Source: an uncultured virus (IMG/VR IMGVR_UViG_3300007539_010416)
Lineage: Duplodnaviria; Heunggongvirae; Uroviricota; Caudoviricetes
IMG/VR virus record: IMGVR_UViG_3300007539_010416
DNA: 64,000 bases
Direction: 5' to 3' (one strand)
Shown: positions 23,201-32,747 of the stretch, piece by piece
How the letters are laid out: the number at the start of each line of letters is the position of its first letter
Position numbering within the stretch: position 1 is the first letter of the stretch
Program-made: the position numbers and the translations under genes
Notes under the pieces: generated by a model
Told to the model about the DNA's origin: nothing
The model's input: only the letters and a program-made list of their open reading frames with translations
The model's database searches: none

Positions 23201-23674
23201 TGTAGCACCAATACTGTCAGTTACATTAACATAAGTTCCATTTAAAGATGATTCACCTTTTTGAGTTCCGGAAAAAACCATATATCCGACATTTTTAGGA
23301 AAAGAATCTAAAATATACTTTTCAAATCCAGTTAATTCATCTTCAAATATTTCTATATCTTTATTAGAACCATTAAAAGGATAAAAGTTAACCATTTTAT
23401 CAAAAGCTTCGTTTACGCTAGCAACAGCTGAATGGAAAAAAGTGTGATTAGCAAAATTTGAATAATCCACTCTTAGTTGTTGTGTTGAGACTAGAGACTT
23501 TTTGTCACCGTACCTAAACGATGCTGAACTTTCAATATTAGTATCGGCAAAAATACTAAGACTATAGTCTTGATTGTCAGGTTTGCTTAGATAATTTCTT
23601 GTTTCATTTCTAAACTTAGGTTTAAATATACCTCCCGGTGAATTTCGATCTAATAGTTTTTTATTTCCTGTCAT
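20228..23674 (-). CDS. Baseplate wedge protein (T4 gp7/P2 gpI-like core) with two LamG-like domains
   Basis: KGTIDSIKSVFRSAG...FREYG gp7/gpI-type motif; FSGSIDELRYY and LKLYYKFNE LamG motifs; lies near the gp6-like gene. Confidence 0.6.
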   Translation of the reverse strand: MTGNKKLLDRNSPGGIFKPKFRNETRNYLSKPDNQDYSLSIFADTNIESSASFRYGDKKSLVSTQQLRVDYSNFANHTFFHSAVASVNEAFDKMVNFYPFNGSNKDIEIFEDELTGFEKYILDSFPKNVGYMVFSGTQKGESSLNGTYVNVTDSIGATFSSLSSIKSAKAVLDPKKEPLTISFFCKIPKQQNDNQIIIQKKQALSNNFTLALSSSLSTSDATLVFGITSGSNFSYVTGSINKGSFINVSAIYDPEGDEKTKLVIGDLVYSSSMSTVFNSLYYEAADLVIGSGEQVRINEVIFDQQQTFSGSIDELRYYHYAKNIKELKEEKYTSVYPDDYLKLYYKFNEPSGSYSARSILLDSSKSNLHARINNYLDNFTRVTGSDNPVKNEIINRHPVLFPDYTPVENLNTTLLTSGSEYDEVNPNLITKLIPPHYFLEANNQENFSSTLGNLGNVFSAGSDKFPGKQISEIPSATLLVKFLLSWSKFFDEMKLLVDAVTATNYTRYEEYDTTPDVFLQRRAGDLNITLPKLFSSAEVSQLISGINLTEDFGNASITLNHIQNMIWRRIISDSVNMKLTKGTIDSIKSVFRSAGIEPDNILTFREYGGAQMKSLETSRQDKIDVIGFLNFSGSKNASIASYDAQGYPTNNIPRLKSSFLSGSRSQPGIPLIAGSFVDGFSNNENDGLFTSGSFTYEGLYKYNTAASGSQSLIRLHTTGSSQENVLVNLVSDTNNSLNLFVRDESGADVKHLFLTGINIYDEDIWHISFGTKASHDIGNTDRMIHFLRAAKQESGELLEYHQTSSHYSTPTLSALKTKNSSYNASGSFLVIGRQNFGSFGSGYLNNASNTLAQSSSFDGLVSNCILWSKYIDNTEWLEHVKNHASVGVFDPKKNYNFEKNISGSFERIIMQTNGKQSTTGSDSSGNIRFFDFSQNNLHFEGSNFETNKKIMSPVRVQFEILSSLFDTNIAKNKVRVRSYQDSSMITDANYAQIAPVYQIPLSEENVDDNRFSIDMGVFRGLNENAMTMFSNFSAIDDALGRPNNLFAESYVELDHLRNIFFNNVLEKADLGKFRTIFKWIDNSFTDIVFSMVPRSTNFIGINFIYESHVLERNKMKYLYDEIYLKSLPRDPSRGNLLLSQFVGKIKKV

Positions 23675-25218
23675 TATTCAACCCTAAACTTTGAAGCTGC
23701 ATCAGTGATGACGGTGTCAAATCCTGCTTTTTTAACCAAAAAGTCAAAAACATAAGTTCTTCCTTTCGGAAGCGAGTCAACATAAAACTCAAAATACATA
23801 CCAGAAGAATCTGTAGAAAGCCTATTAGATCCGTGTATCGTATCAAAATCTATTATAATATCCCCTGTTTGGAAGTCTCTAACTCTATAATACATCTGGT
23901 GGTAAATTTGACTTTTCTTTTCAATCGGTAATTTCGTATAAGAAATTGATCTATCTCTGTCTTCAGAAAAAACTTTTATTTTAATTATGTCACCTACTTT
24001 ATATGAATCTTTAAGATTAGTCACCGTTACAAGTATATTCTGTTGAAAATTATCAAAAGCTGTTCTAGCATTTTTAGATATTTTAATTGAAGAAGAGAGA
24101 TACGTGATCGTCTCATCAGAAGAAGACCAAATTTCATCAAACTTAATTGATCCAGAAGTCTCTATATGCTTTTTGAGGCTGTCGCCGTTTACGCTTTCTG
24201 AAGAGAAGCTGCTAATTGCAAAAGAAGAAGAATAAACTCCAGCAATTCTATTCGTACCTCTAAGCGCTTGCGAAACGTTAAAAGTTTTCTTAAAGCTACC
24301 AGAAACAAGCTTTAAAATCATGACATCTTCACCTGTCAACTGTGTTGCACCTTCGCCTGATAATATATTGGACGGAACACCAAAATGATAATTGTTTAAG
24401 TACAAAGATCCTGTGACGTCAAAGATAAAATCTTCGTGATTGTCTTGTAAGGAGTCATCATATTTAACAATAAGTTTAGGTCTTATTGCTGTGTTTGAAG
24501 AATTTCTAGAAGCAAACCTCTTGACAAAATATGTTTTTTCATTTTTTTCATAACTTCCTGAAAATGCTATCAGGAATCCATAATCAGGAATCTGACCTGA
24601 AATTGTTCCTGATACTATTCTGGTTACATCGATCAATAGATCTTCTTCGCCTGTTTTAAAATACTGTACAGGACTTAGCGATACATTACTTGTTCCGCTA
24701 GGCCCAGACAAAGTTCCGCTAACAATTACGTCAATAAATGCATCACTTAAGCTACCTGATGCAGTGGCGCCTGGTAAGTTCCAAAGTGTCGCATTGCCTC
24801 CCAGTGTAGAAGCTGTTATATAATTAACTGTGCCTATATCTCTAAAAGAGCTTACGTCATACCCAGAACCTTCATCAAAGCTTTGCGAAAGAGGAAAAAG
24901 AATTAAATCAAAATTTGAAGGTGTTGTCTGACCACCATAAACATCATGTAGTTTGACATAACATTTAAAAGTATCACTATTAATATCTATTTTACCTTCT
25001 GACTTCATATTTGTTATAGTACCAATATCAAACTTTAAAAGCAAACGAGAAATTTCTGTTTGAGGATCTTCAGACCCCGAAATAGCTGTCTCATTATAAA
25101 TCTTAAATAAATCTAAAGTCCCGGCCTGACCTACATTGGCATCGGTAGCTCTAAAAGAATTATTGATAATTTTATTGGTTATATATGTGTCTTTTGATGC
25201 TGATAATATTCTGTACAT
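23674..25218 (-). CDS. Baseplate-associated structural protein (DNRLRE-like N-terminal domain)
   Basis: KDTYI...SRLLLKFD...YGFLI...RPKLIVKY pattern; lies between the gp6-like and gp7-like genes. Confidence 0.45.
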   Translation of the reverse strand: MYRILSASKDTYITNKIINNSFRATDANVGQAGTLDLFKIYNETAISGSEDPQTEISRLLLKFDIGTITNMKSEGKIDINSDTFKCYVKLHDVYGGQTTPSNFDLILFPLSQSFDEGSGYDVSSFRDIGTVNYITASTLGGNATLWNLPGATASGSLSDAFIDVIVSGTLSGPSGTSNVSLSPVQYFKTGEEDLLIDVTRIVSGTISGQIPDYGFLIAFSGSYEKNEKTYFVKRFASRNSSNTAIRPKLIVKYDDSLQDNHEDFIFDVTGSLYLNNYHFGVPSNILSGEGATQLTGEDVMILKLVSGSFKKTFNVSQALRGTNRIAGVYSSSFAISSFSSESVNGDSLKKHIETSGSIKFDEIWSSSDETITYLSSSIKISKNARTAFDNFQQNILVTVTNLKDSYKVGDIIKIKVFSEDRDRSISYTKLPIEKKSQIYHQMYYRVRDFQTGDIIIDFDTIHGSNRLSTDSSGMYFEFYVDSLPKGRTYVFDFLVKKAGFDTVITDAASKFRVE

Positions 25219-27062
25219 TATGAAATTCTCCCAACTATGTCTTCATCTGGATACTTTATTTCAAATATTCCTCCAGTTGGCGGAAAAAGATAACCTCTTT
25301 CTATGTTGCGTTGAGGGTCATAGTGATAGCTAGAATAAACATTCTTGCCCTTAATTCCTGTATTATTATTAAATGTGATGCTATTAATTGACTCAACATC
25401 GGGTGTACTCAAAATAAGCATTTCAATTTCGCCTATTTTAATAGGTTGATCAATTTGAAAATTGTCAATTTTGAAATAGTTTTTAATTTTAGCATTGATA
25501 GCAGATATAACTATTGAAGATTTTGCATCTTGATTAATAGTTACTATATAATTTATTCCAATATTAATAATCGATGCATCAAGTATATCAATAGCATCTG
25601 AAACTATTCTAAACTTGCTTAAGTATTTTGACACGTTTTCTTTTAGTATGTCTGGTGAAATAATTAATTTTCCAGCAGAATCTTTTGACAGAATATAGAG
25701 TTGTGCAGCTTGAGGATTACTTGGATTATCTCTAACAGATGCTCTATAAACTCTTCCAAAATTATTAGGAAGCGAATATACTCTTGCCAAGAGATCTTCT
25801 CTAGACACAACTCTATTCTGAGCGCTTCTATTTAAAAGTGCAATCTGTCTTAATTCTTCGATAGAGGGTTCATCTAAACCTCCCAAGACGCCTTTTTTGT
25901 TATTACAGACAGCAGACGTTCTAATAGAAGTTGCATTAGTATTTGTCATTCCTGCTGGAAACTCTGTTATTAAAGTTGTTACTTTTGTTATCTGATTTGC
26001 AGTTACGTTATGATTCAATCCTCCACCCACTCTGTAATAAACAGTCAAGGTAGTATTTCTAGGGCTTATTCCTAATGTTTGTGTTCCTAAAAATGATTGA
26101 GGATCTATAGTAACTTTATTAAGAACTTTCTTATCACCGTAGAGCGTAATGGCATGATCTGATGGATCTGGAATTACATCTTCATCAAAAGTATCTTCTC
26201 TTCCAGACCCAAACAAAAGAGTCGTTACGCCCTCTGTAGAAGTTCTACTTTTAACAAATCTCTTTGGCGCATGAAGCATCTGAATTCTTTCATTTGCTAA
26301 TTCTCTATCTGCGCGGCTATTAGGAAGTCTTTTGAAAATTGTATTTTGTGTAAGTGATTCTACTTCATAATAATCATCACCGTCTGAATCTGTAACCCTT
26401 ACTATTTCATTTACATCAGACTCGTCTATCGTAATTGTTCTAAAAGGAACATATGCATCTGATATTGTAAAATTTTTAGTTTTTAATTGCGAGCTTGTAA
26501 CTAGTTCTTCTCTTGTTACTAAGAAATTAACAGGAACTCCGCTAATCGTTTGATTGATTGTATATTCGGCGACCAGATCTCCTGCTGTATCAACCTCAGC
26601 AAAATTTAAATCATTTGCTAAGTAAAACTTAATGCCTGATTTTGAAGTAAAGATTGATTCTGCTTTTATTATAGGCATCATGTTCTTGTTAGGTACATAC
26701 TCTCCGTTTTGTAAAACCGCAGGAATAGTTAGAGTTATTTGAACATATCCTAACGCGGGAGATTTTCCTATAATTTCAACACCTGCTTCTCTAACTAATC
26801 TTTCAATATTTACAGTTTCTACAGCTTTTTCTAAAGAGTTTTCATTAAATTGATGATCAAGATAATATGACGTGACATCACCTACATAAGCAGCAATATC
26901 AATAAACATTCCTGCTAGTGAAGCATCTGTTGTATCTAAAATTACACCATCATAATGCTGTGATACATATCTTTTTAAGTCGTTTTTCAAGCTTTGAAAA
27001 TCACGACTGTTATAAGACATGTCTTTTTGTTTGTTGATTTCTTTTTTTATATTTTTTGCCAT
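25218..27062 (-). CDS. Baseplate wedge subunit, T4 gp6/baseplate-J-like
   Basis: SRDFQSLKNDL, IAAYVGDVTSYYLD, YRVGGG, GGLDEPSIEELR, AQNRVVSREDL. Confidence 0.85.
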   Translation of the reverse strand: MAKNIKKEINKQKDMSYNSRDFQSLKNDLKRYVSQHYDGVILDTTDASLAGMFIDIAAYVGDVTSYYLDHQFNENSLEKAVETVNIERLVREAGVEIIGKSPALGYVQITLTIPAVLQNGEYVPNKNMMPIIKAESIFTSKSGIKFYLANDLNFAEVDTAGDLVAEYTINQTISGVPVNFLVTREELVTSSQLKTKNFTISDAYVPFRTITIDESDVNEIVRVTDSDGDDYYEVESLTQNTIFKRLPNSRADRELANERIQMLHAPKRFVKSRTSTEGVTTLLFGSGREDTFDEDVIPDPSDHAITLYGDKKVLNKVTIDPQSFLGTQTLGISPRNTTLTVYYRVGGGLNHNVTANQITKVTTLITEFPAGMTNTNATSIRTSAVCNNKKGVLGGLDEPSIEELRQIALLNRSAQNRVVSREDLLARVYSLPNNFGRVYRASVRDNPSNPQAAQLYILSKDSAGKLIISPDILKENVSKYLSKFRIVSDAIDILDASIINIGINYIVTINQDAKSSIVISAINAKIKNYFKIDNFQIDQPIKIGEIEMLILSTPDVESINSITFNNNTGIKGKNVYSSYHYDPQRNIERGYLFPPTGGIFEIKYPDEDIVGRIS

Positions 27063-27065
27063 GTA

Positions 27066-27560
27066 TTATCCGCCTGCCTGTAATGTTACTTCTAAAGCTT
27101 GATTTGTTATTCTTGCACTAGGAATATCATATTCAATTCTTAGTCTAACTCTAGCCATTCCTTTTTCATTAATTTGTTGTTTTTCGCCTTTGTCAAGCTC
27201 AACCTCAGAAATTTCTTTAATTTCTATACCTGCCATATATCTCTGCACAGCTGTTTTAATCCTGTCGGTCATTTCTTCTTGCACACCTGGGTTTGAAGAT
27301 AACTCAAACAAAAGCGAAGATAAGTCAGCGCCAAAACCATACAAACCTAATCTTTCACCGGCATTTGTCAAGATTAAATTTTTAAGATTATCTTTTACTT
27401 GATTAATTGGATCATCATGCATGTCAAAAATTTGACGATCTTGATTATTTGAAAGAGGAGTTATAATTCCAATATCTCTTTTTTTCTTTGTAATTTTGTC
27501 TTCAGCTATGGCTCTATCTGTAGCTTTTACACCCGAGCTTTTAAATTTAAAACTTGCCAT
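27066..27560 (-). CDS. Baseplate wedge subunit, gp25/GPW-like
   Basis: QVKDNLKNLILTNAGERL...FGADL..LLFE; directly upstream of the gp6-like gene. Confidence 0.85.
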   Translation of the reverse strand: MASFKFKSSGVKATDRAIAEDKITKKKRDIGIITPLSNNQDRQIFDMHDDPINQVKDNLKNLILTNAGERLGLYGFGADLSSLLFELSSNPGVQEEMTDRIKTAVQRYMAGIEIKEISEVELDKGEKQQINEKGMARVRLRIEYDIPSARITNQALEVTLQAGG

Positions 27561-27611
27561 GTTTTCCTCTATATAATTATTCTCTAGATGAAAATGTTGT
27601 TAATTATTTGA

Positions 27612-28580
27612 CTATTCTAATCCTAATAGTCCACCTACACCAAAAGAAATTATTCCTTTGTTTATCATAAACCCTACAAAAGCAGTTACAAAAGCGATAA
27701 CAACAATCTTAATAAAAGCAATTAAAGATGCTATTAATAAGATAGCGCCTCCTAAGATTGATAATATAAATTGAATTACGGCAATAATCGCATTGATTAC
27801 AAATTCAATTATGTAAATAATAAAATTAATAATACCTTTTATAAATTCTATTACTAATTGAGCTATTTCCTGTATCAATGCAATTAAAGCATCTATAATA
27901 CCTAGCATAATTTGTATAGGAATCCAATTGATTGAAGGAAATTGTGGATCAAAGTTTATAAAAGGATCAAAAGTAGGTAAGTCTAGACTTAAGGCAAAGT
28001 CAAAATCAAGTGTCGGTAATTCAATTTTAGGAGGAAATTCAACCTCAATTGTGGGTATTTCAAACCCACAAACTGATTCTAGTTTTTCTGGAAGTCCATC
28101 GGAAGATATAGTTGGGTCTATTTCTACCAGCGAATTTGCAAATTCTTGATTTTCACATTCGGCAAGTTTATCCCAAGGTAGATTACTAAAATCTTCTAAA
28201 TTTTCTAAAATCCAATTAATAGGGTCTGGTATGCCTATGTCTACAAGTATGTTTAAAAAAGGCTCTATAACGGGTGTTATGGGTATTGTAGGATCTTGAA
28301 TTCCTGAATTGGGACCAGGTGGTAGCATTTTGTCAATAGCATCTATTGCGGCTACTAGTCCTCCTGACATTACAGGAAAAGGTTCGTCTTCTTTTCCTAT
28401 TCTTTCTTTAACAGCTTCAGCTTGGGCAGCTTGAATTTCTTGAAGAGGCATGGGGATAGGAATGGGAATTCCAAATATTTCTCCTCCGCCCGATTCAAGA
28501 GTTTTGACAACTTCATTTTGATATCTTGCCTTCCAAGTATCTTCATCTCCAAACTGCCCTAGTGTGCCTGTCAATGCCAT
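27612..28580 (-). CDS. Acidic Pro-rich protein with a ~100 aa Ile-rich hydrophobic C-terminus; putative membrane-interacting tail component
   Basis: Sequence composition; located between hub and gp25-like genes. Confidence 0.45.
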   Translation of the reverse strand: MALTGTLGQFGDEDTWKARYQNEVVKTLESGGGEIFGIPIPIPMPLQEIQAAQAEAVKERIGKEDEPFPVMSGGLVAAIDAIDKMLPPGPNSGIQDPTIPITPVIEPFLNILVDIGIPDPINWILENLEDFSNLPWDKLAECENQEFANSLVEIDPTISSDGLPEKLESVCGFEIPTIEVEFPPKIELPTLDFDFALSLDLPTFDPFINFDPQFPSINWIPIQIMLGIIDALIALIQEIAQLVIEFIKGIINFIIYIIEFVINAIIAVIQFILSILGGAILLIASLIAFIKIVVIAFVTAFVGFMINKGIISFGVGGLLGLE

Positions 28581-28594
28581 TTTTTCTCCGGAGA

Positions 28595-30199
28595 TTATAC
28601 TTGCGGAACTGCAATTAAAACTTTATTACTAAATATTCCTGTGGCAGGAGATAGAGGTTGCCCTACGAAACCCCCTGCTGTTGTTACTATTGTAGGAGAT
28701 TCTACACTACCTTCTGTTCTTAAAGAATTAGCAGAAGCAACCAGACCACCTATTGCATTATCAGATCCTAGCTTAAGAATTCCATTTTCTCCCGGTACAA
28801 TTCTAATATCTCCTCCTGCTTCTAAAACAATTTTTGCGCCGCCGGAAGTATTTCCAAAAATAATAACATCACCAGAAGGAGTAAATTGAATACCACTCTG
28901 GCCTGAAAGATTTTGTATTTTAATAGTTTCTCCTCCGACTAATCTTGCATTTGTTCCAAATGCAATTAATGTTCCATAGTCATCTCGGCCGGTCGTATCT
29001 TGAGGTGAAGATGACATATCTGGTTCACCTTGATAGTCTGATATTCCTAGAATAGTATCGATTGTTTTCGCGTTTGTAAGATAAACTCTTGCTGCACAAT
29101 TCAATATATCAAAGTCGTTATTTTCTTCAAAAAATATTTCTTTTCCGGCAACATCTCTTGATTTTTCGTTTTCGTAGTATCTTAGATTTGCATCTTTTTG
29201 AACAGCTGACACTATGCTTAGTGTATCTTCTCCTTCTAAAGAAGGATTAGAAGCAATATCATTAGAGGAGGATACCGTCTTCAATCCTAATATATCTGAT
29301 TTTTTTCTTAAAATACATATATCAATAGCAGGTGATATGGGTTTTCTTTCAGGTATCGAGTCTTCGATATTTGTATAGGGCGTAAAATATGCAGGGCTAA
29401 AAGAAGTTTCAGATTCTTCAAACTTTTCTTTTCCTAAATAAATATGTGAATTATTAGAGCCTTGGATTAGAAAGTCTCCACAGCCCTTTACTTGTCTAGG
29501 GACAGGTTCTCCAGTAAATTCTTCTCTATACGTAAGAGAGTCAGACATTATTTTTTGAAAATCAATATTTGCACCAGATGTGCTCCCACCATTAAAATGA
29601 ACATAAGCATTAGGATTTTCAGACTCTTTTATATCTCTTACGTTATTCTCTCTTTGAGAAAAAGTAAAATTTACATCTTCTATCTGTCTATAAGAAGTTT
29701 GTCTACACATCCAGTAATAGGTATTTTCTATGTTTATAATCCATACTTGTTCTCCTGGCTTTACCGGTAGCGAGAAATGAGAAGAAAAAAACGGAAAGCA
29801 TATGATAGAATTTGAAGCTCCTCCTGAATTTTTTGATTTTTTTCTGAAAGCTTTTATTGAATTTGGTGGGATAAAATCAATAATTTCTGGTGATTCTAAT
29901 AGCCATGGGCTTGCAATTGGATTTCCATCATCATCTTCACGAACCCTCCCAGACAAAACATCGCCTAACGTAATAGGATTTCCATTAAAAGTTGAGTTAT
30001 TATCTACCCAAGGTTTATTAAAATATACAGTAGGATTTGAAATTACTTCTTCAACAATAGCTGTTTCTATTTGCTGATTACTTTTATTTTGATTTCCTGA
30101 TATTTTGTTGTTGATATAGTCATCTGTTCCGAAGCTAATTGTATTATCACCCTGCGCAGAACCTAAAGCACTTCGTCTACTGTGTTTTCTTACAGTCAT
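28595..30199 (-). CDS. Baseplate hub/spike protein (gp5/VgrG-like OB fold plus short beta-helix); no lysozyme domain recognised
   Basis: LPVKPGEQVWII OB-fold-like motif; GDFLIQG; C-terminal short beta repeats (GIQFTPSGDVII, KIVLEAGGDIRI). Confidence 0.5.
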   Translation of the reverse strand: MTVRKHSRRSALGSAQGDNTISFGTDDYINNKISGNQNKSNQQIETAIVEEVISNPTVYFNKPWVDNNSTFNGNPITLGDVLSGRVREDDDGNPIASPWLLESPEIIDFIPPNSIKAFRKKSKNSGGASNSIICFPFFSSHFSLPVKPGEQVWIINIENTYYWMCRQTSYRQIEDVNFTFSQRENNVRDIKESENPNAYVHFNGGSTSGANIDFQKIMSDSLTYREEFTGEPVPRQVKGCGDFLIQGSNNSHIYLGKEKFEESETSFSPAYFTPYTNIEDSIPERKPISPAIDICILRKKSDILGLKTVSSSNDIASNPSLEGEDTLSIVSAVQKDANLRYYENEKSRDVAGKEIFFEENNDFDILNCAARVYLTNAKTIDTILGISDYQGEPDMSSSPQDTTGRDDYGTLIAFGTNARLVGGETIKIQNLSGQSGIQFTPSGDVIIFGNTSGGAKIVLEAGGDIRIVPGENGILKLGSDNAIGGLVASANSLRTEGSVESPTIVTTAGGFVGQPLSPATGIFSNKVLIAVPQV

Positions 30200-30540
30200 T
30201 CAGATATCTCCTTGAAGATATCATCAGGAGATATTACGCCTGCAGCTTCTTCTTCTTTTGCAATTAATTCTGCAAGTCTCAATATCTGATCGTTAGACTT
30301 AGACATTCTTTCAAGATACTTTGTCATTATGGTCCCAAACTGTTGATGATTACTTAAATTTCCTTGAATCTGTAAAAGTAAGTCGTCAACAAGTATAGAA
30401 GCAGACGATCTGTCATCTAAAGCATTTTTATAAGCTTCTTTCCATAAAAGTTTTTTCTTATCTTTTGTATTTTCAAGTTCATCTAAAAGATCAGAAAAAT
30501 CTTTTATTTTATCTTCAACAGTCTTTTCTTGCTTTTTCAT
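30196..30540 (-). CDS. Small helical hypothetical protein
   Basis: ORF; ATG at 30540 preferred to the TTG at 30552; stop overlaps the next start (ATGA). Confidence 0.5.
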   Translation of the reverse strand: MKKQEKTVEDKIKDFSDLLDELENTKDKKKLLWKEAYKNALDDRSSASILVDDLLLQIQGNLSNHQQFGTIMTKYLERMSKSNDQILRLAELIAKEEEAAGVISPDDIFKEISE

Positions 30541-30544
30541 TTTT

Positions 30545-31282
30545 TTACCCAAATAAAATAAAATGATCGTCTGTCTTAACTATCTCTCTGTAATATTTTC
30601 TTATATTAGAAAGTGATGAACTTAGCTGTTTAGGATTAAGTCCTGATATTTCTCTTAAATAAACAAAAACTGCTCGTTTGTTTAAAAACTCTATTTCTTC
30701 AATGTTCTTAAAAAGTGTTATTACGGCATTAATACAAAGCTTTTCATTTTCATTAAGTGGTTTAGATTTAATTTTTTGAAGCATATCTTTAAGAATATCT
30801 TTATCTTCTTCTCTAATAAAAATATCATCTTGAGAAGGTATTATTTGGTGAGATTCCACCATCTCTTTTTCAACATTGCTAAGACTCTGAATGTCATCTA
30901 TAGAAACATTTCTTATCTTATTTTTCTGTGTTTTCTTTGCACCTGCTAAAAGATGATTTTTAGCGCATGCATTAAAATAAGAAAAAGCTTTGCTTCCTTG
31001 TGAAGGATCAAACTTGTAAAGTGTTTCGTATAAAAAAGATACACAATCAGATTTAAGAATATAGAAATGATCTTTGTCTCTGCTAAAGCCGTAAATATAT
31101 ATTAAATTTTCTGAAAGCTTTTCAAAAGCAGACTTTATTTGAGATTCATAAATCTCATGCTTTTCTTCTTCGCACTCTGTATTTTGATATTCTACGATTG
31201 CATCGTGAACGTCTACACCAAAATAAGGTTTAGACTTCTTCCGGCGCCTGATTGTCTTCTTTAATTTCAATTTTTCTCCCAT
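30545..31282 (-). CDS. Phage sigma70-family factor (possible late sigma)
   Basis: Region 2-like LYKFDPSQGSKAFSYF; C-terminal HTH-like YLREISGLNPKQLSSSL; start uncertain (31282 or 31312). Confidence 0.65.
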   Translation of the reverse strand: MGEKLKLKKTIRRRKKSKPYFGVDVHDAIVEYQNTECEEEKHEIYESQIKSAFEKLSENLIYIYGFSRDKDHFYILKSDCVSFLYETLYKFDPSQGSKAFSYFNACAKNHLLAGAKKTQKNKIRNVSIDDIQSLSNVEKEMVESHQIIPSQDDIFIREEDKDILKDMLQKIKSKPLNENEKLCINAVITLFKNIEEIEFLNKRAVFVYLREISGLNPKQLSSSLSNIRKYYREIVKTDDHFILFG

Positions 31283-31559
31283 AACTTTCTGTAAGTTTAT
31301 TTGCGACGACAATCAGAGACTCTCTTGACAATCTAATTTCGCTAACTACTCTTCTGACTTCTGTAGAGTCAAAAAAAACAGGTATTTCAAGTATTTCTGA
31401 CATTGATTTGTATCTTTCGTCTAACAAGTCTAAGCATTCTTCTATAGAATCTTCCAGATTAATCAATATCATAGAAAACCTAAAAAGTTTATTAAGGGTA
31501 AAAAGTAGAGAGGCAGCTAAGATGACTACGCAAATTGTAAGTATTTCAGTTAAACCCAT
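31230..31559 (-). CDS. Small membrane-anchored coiled-coil protein
   Basis: N-terminal hydrophobic helix ILTICVVILAASLLFTL followed by an acidic helical segment; AAGGA RBS. Confidence 0.5.
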   Translation of the reverse strand: MGLTEILTICVVILAASLLFTLNKLFRFSMILINLEDSIEECLDLLDERYKSMSEILEIPVFFDSTEVRRVVSEIRLSRESLIVVANKLTESYGRKIEIKEDNQAPEEV

Positions 31560-31561
31560 TT

Positions 31562-32737
31562 TTAAAAGCATTCCTTTAAAAATTTATCGTATTTTTTACA
31601 AATCTTATCTTTTGAAAACTTTCTTTGAACATCTTTTTTGAGGAGTCTAGATATTCTTTCTTGTTCTTCATAATTTGCTTTTAAAGTTTTAATATTTTTG
31701 ATAAAAGAATCTTTGTCAGGTTCAGCCCAGCGGACTCCGTTTATGAATATTCTATTGTCAACTCTATTAACAGGAATTTCTTTAAGGTTGTAGTCAACTG
31801 TCAAAAATTTATCTTCTAAAAAGTCTAAATGACCAGACCATTTTGTAGCAATTACAGGTATTCCAGCAGCACTCGCTTCAACAAGAGGCAGACCATACCC
31901 TTCACCTCTTGTCGCTGTTACATAACCTTTAATCTTGCCTGATTTAAAAAGTGATGCTACTTCTAAGTTAGTCATATTACCGTGTATTAAGTGAACTCTA
32001 GGAAAATCTGACTTTCTAAATCTACTAATTATTTGCTGGATTGCCGATTTTGTCATTGCTCTATCTTTAACTGATCCCTTACCTAAGCACGTCTTGACTA
32101 TAATTCCTGCATCTTCTTGTCCTTCAAGCGCTTCAATTGACCATCCAATTGTATTTGCTAAATTTTTTCTATCAGATTGAGCGTCGGCTGATGTCAAAGT
32201 TCCTATTGTGAGAAGATTAAACTTTGTATCAAACTTAAATCTTTCATCCTTGATATTTCTAAATTCTTTATCTTTCTTAGAAAGGTGAGTATTAAACCAC
32301 TCAGGTATTACCGAAACTTTATTTTCAAAGACATTTCCAAATGTATTTTTAATTACTTGATTAGTAAATTCTGAAGGTACTATTATTTTGTCCATTCTAT
32401 TCATTTTATCAAACCAAGCAGGATTGCATCTATCGCTTTCTACCAGCGCAGTTACACCTACATTAAATCTAGCTAAATTTTCATCCCACTCATCTGGTAG
32501 TTGAACTTGAAATGATAGATCAAACTTTGTGCCTTCAAAATTTTTTGATCGATCCATTATTTTACCAAATATCCCATCTTCTGCGTTAGGATCGATTATC
32601 CACGGTGTAGCTCCCCATTGAAGTGCTTGCGTTGTTATATTAAAATCTTTTCTAGACAACATCCATTCAAAAATTTGCCTTGAATGAACACCGTATCCGC
32701 TGTTTGTAAGGAGAGGGGCTCTCAAAAGTACGTTCAT
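31562..32737 (-). CDS. Glycosyltransferase, GT4 (GT-B)
   Basis: SGYGVHSR start; TRGEGYGLPLVEASAAGIPVIAT (E-X7-E motif). Confidence 0.85.
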   Translation of the reverse strand: MNVLLRAPLLTNSGYGVHSRQIFEWMLSRKDFNITTQALQWGATPWIIDPNAEDGIFGKIMDRSKNFEGTKFDLSFQVQLPDEWDENLARFNVGVTALVESDRCNPAWFDKMNRMDKIIVPSEFTNQVIKNTFGNVFENKVSVIPEWFNTHLSKKDKEFRNIKDERFKFDTKFNLLTIGTLTSADAQSDRKNLANTIGWSIEALEGQEDAGIIVKTCLGKGSVKDRAMTKSAIQQIISRFRKSDFPRVHLIHGNMTNLEVASLFKSGKIKGYVTATRGEGYGLPLVEASAAGIPVIATKWSGHLDFLEDKFLTVDYNLKEIPVNRVDNRIFINGVRWAEPDKDSFIKNIKTLKANYEEQERISRLLKKDVQRKFSKDKICKKYDKFLKECF

Positions 32738-32747
32738 TTTTTATTCC

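Noticed and set aside
24000..30199. Bacterial contractile injection system or T6SS rather than a phage
   Set aside because: Resolvase, phage-type sigma, PhoH, UvsE, Cas4-like nuclease, dense packing and the absence of housekeeping genes fit a large phage better
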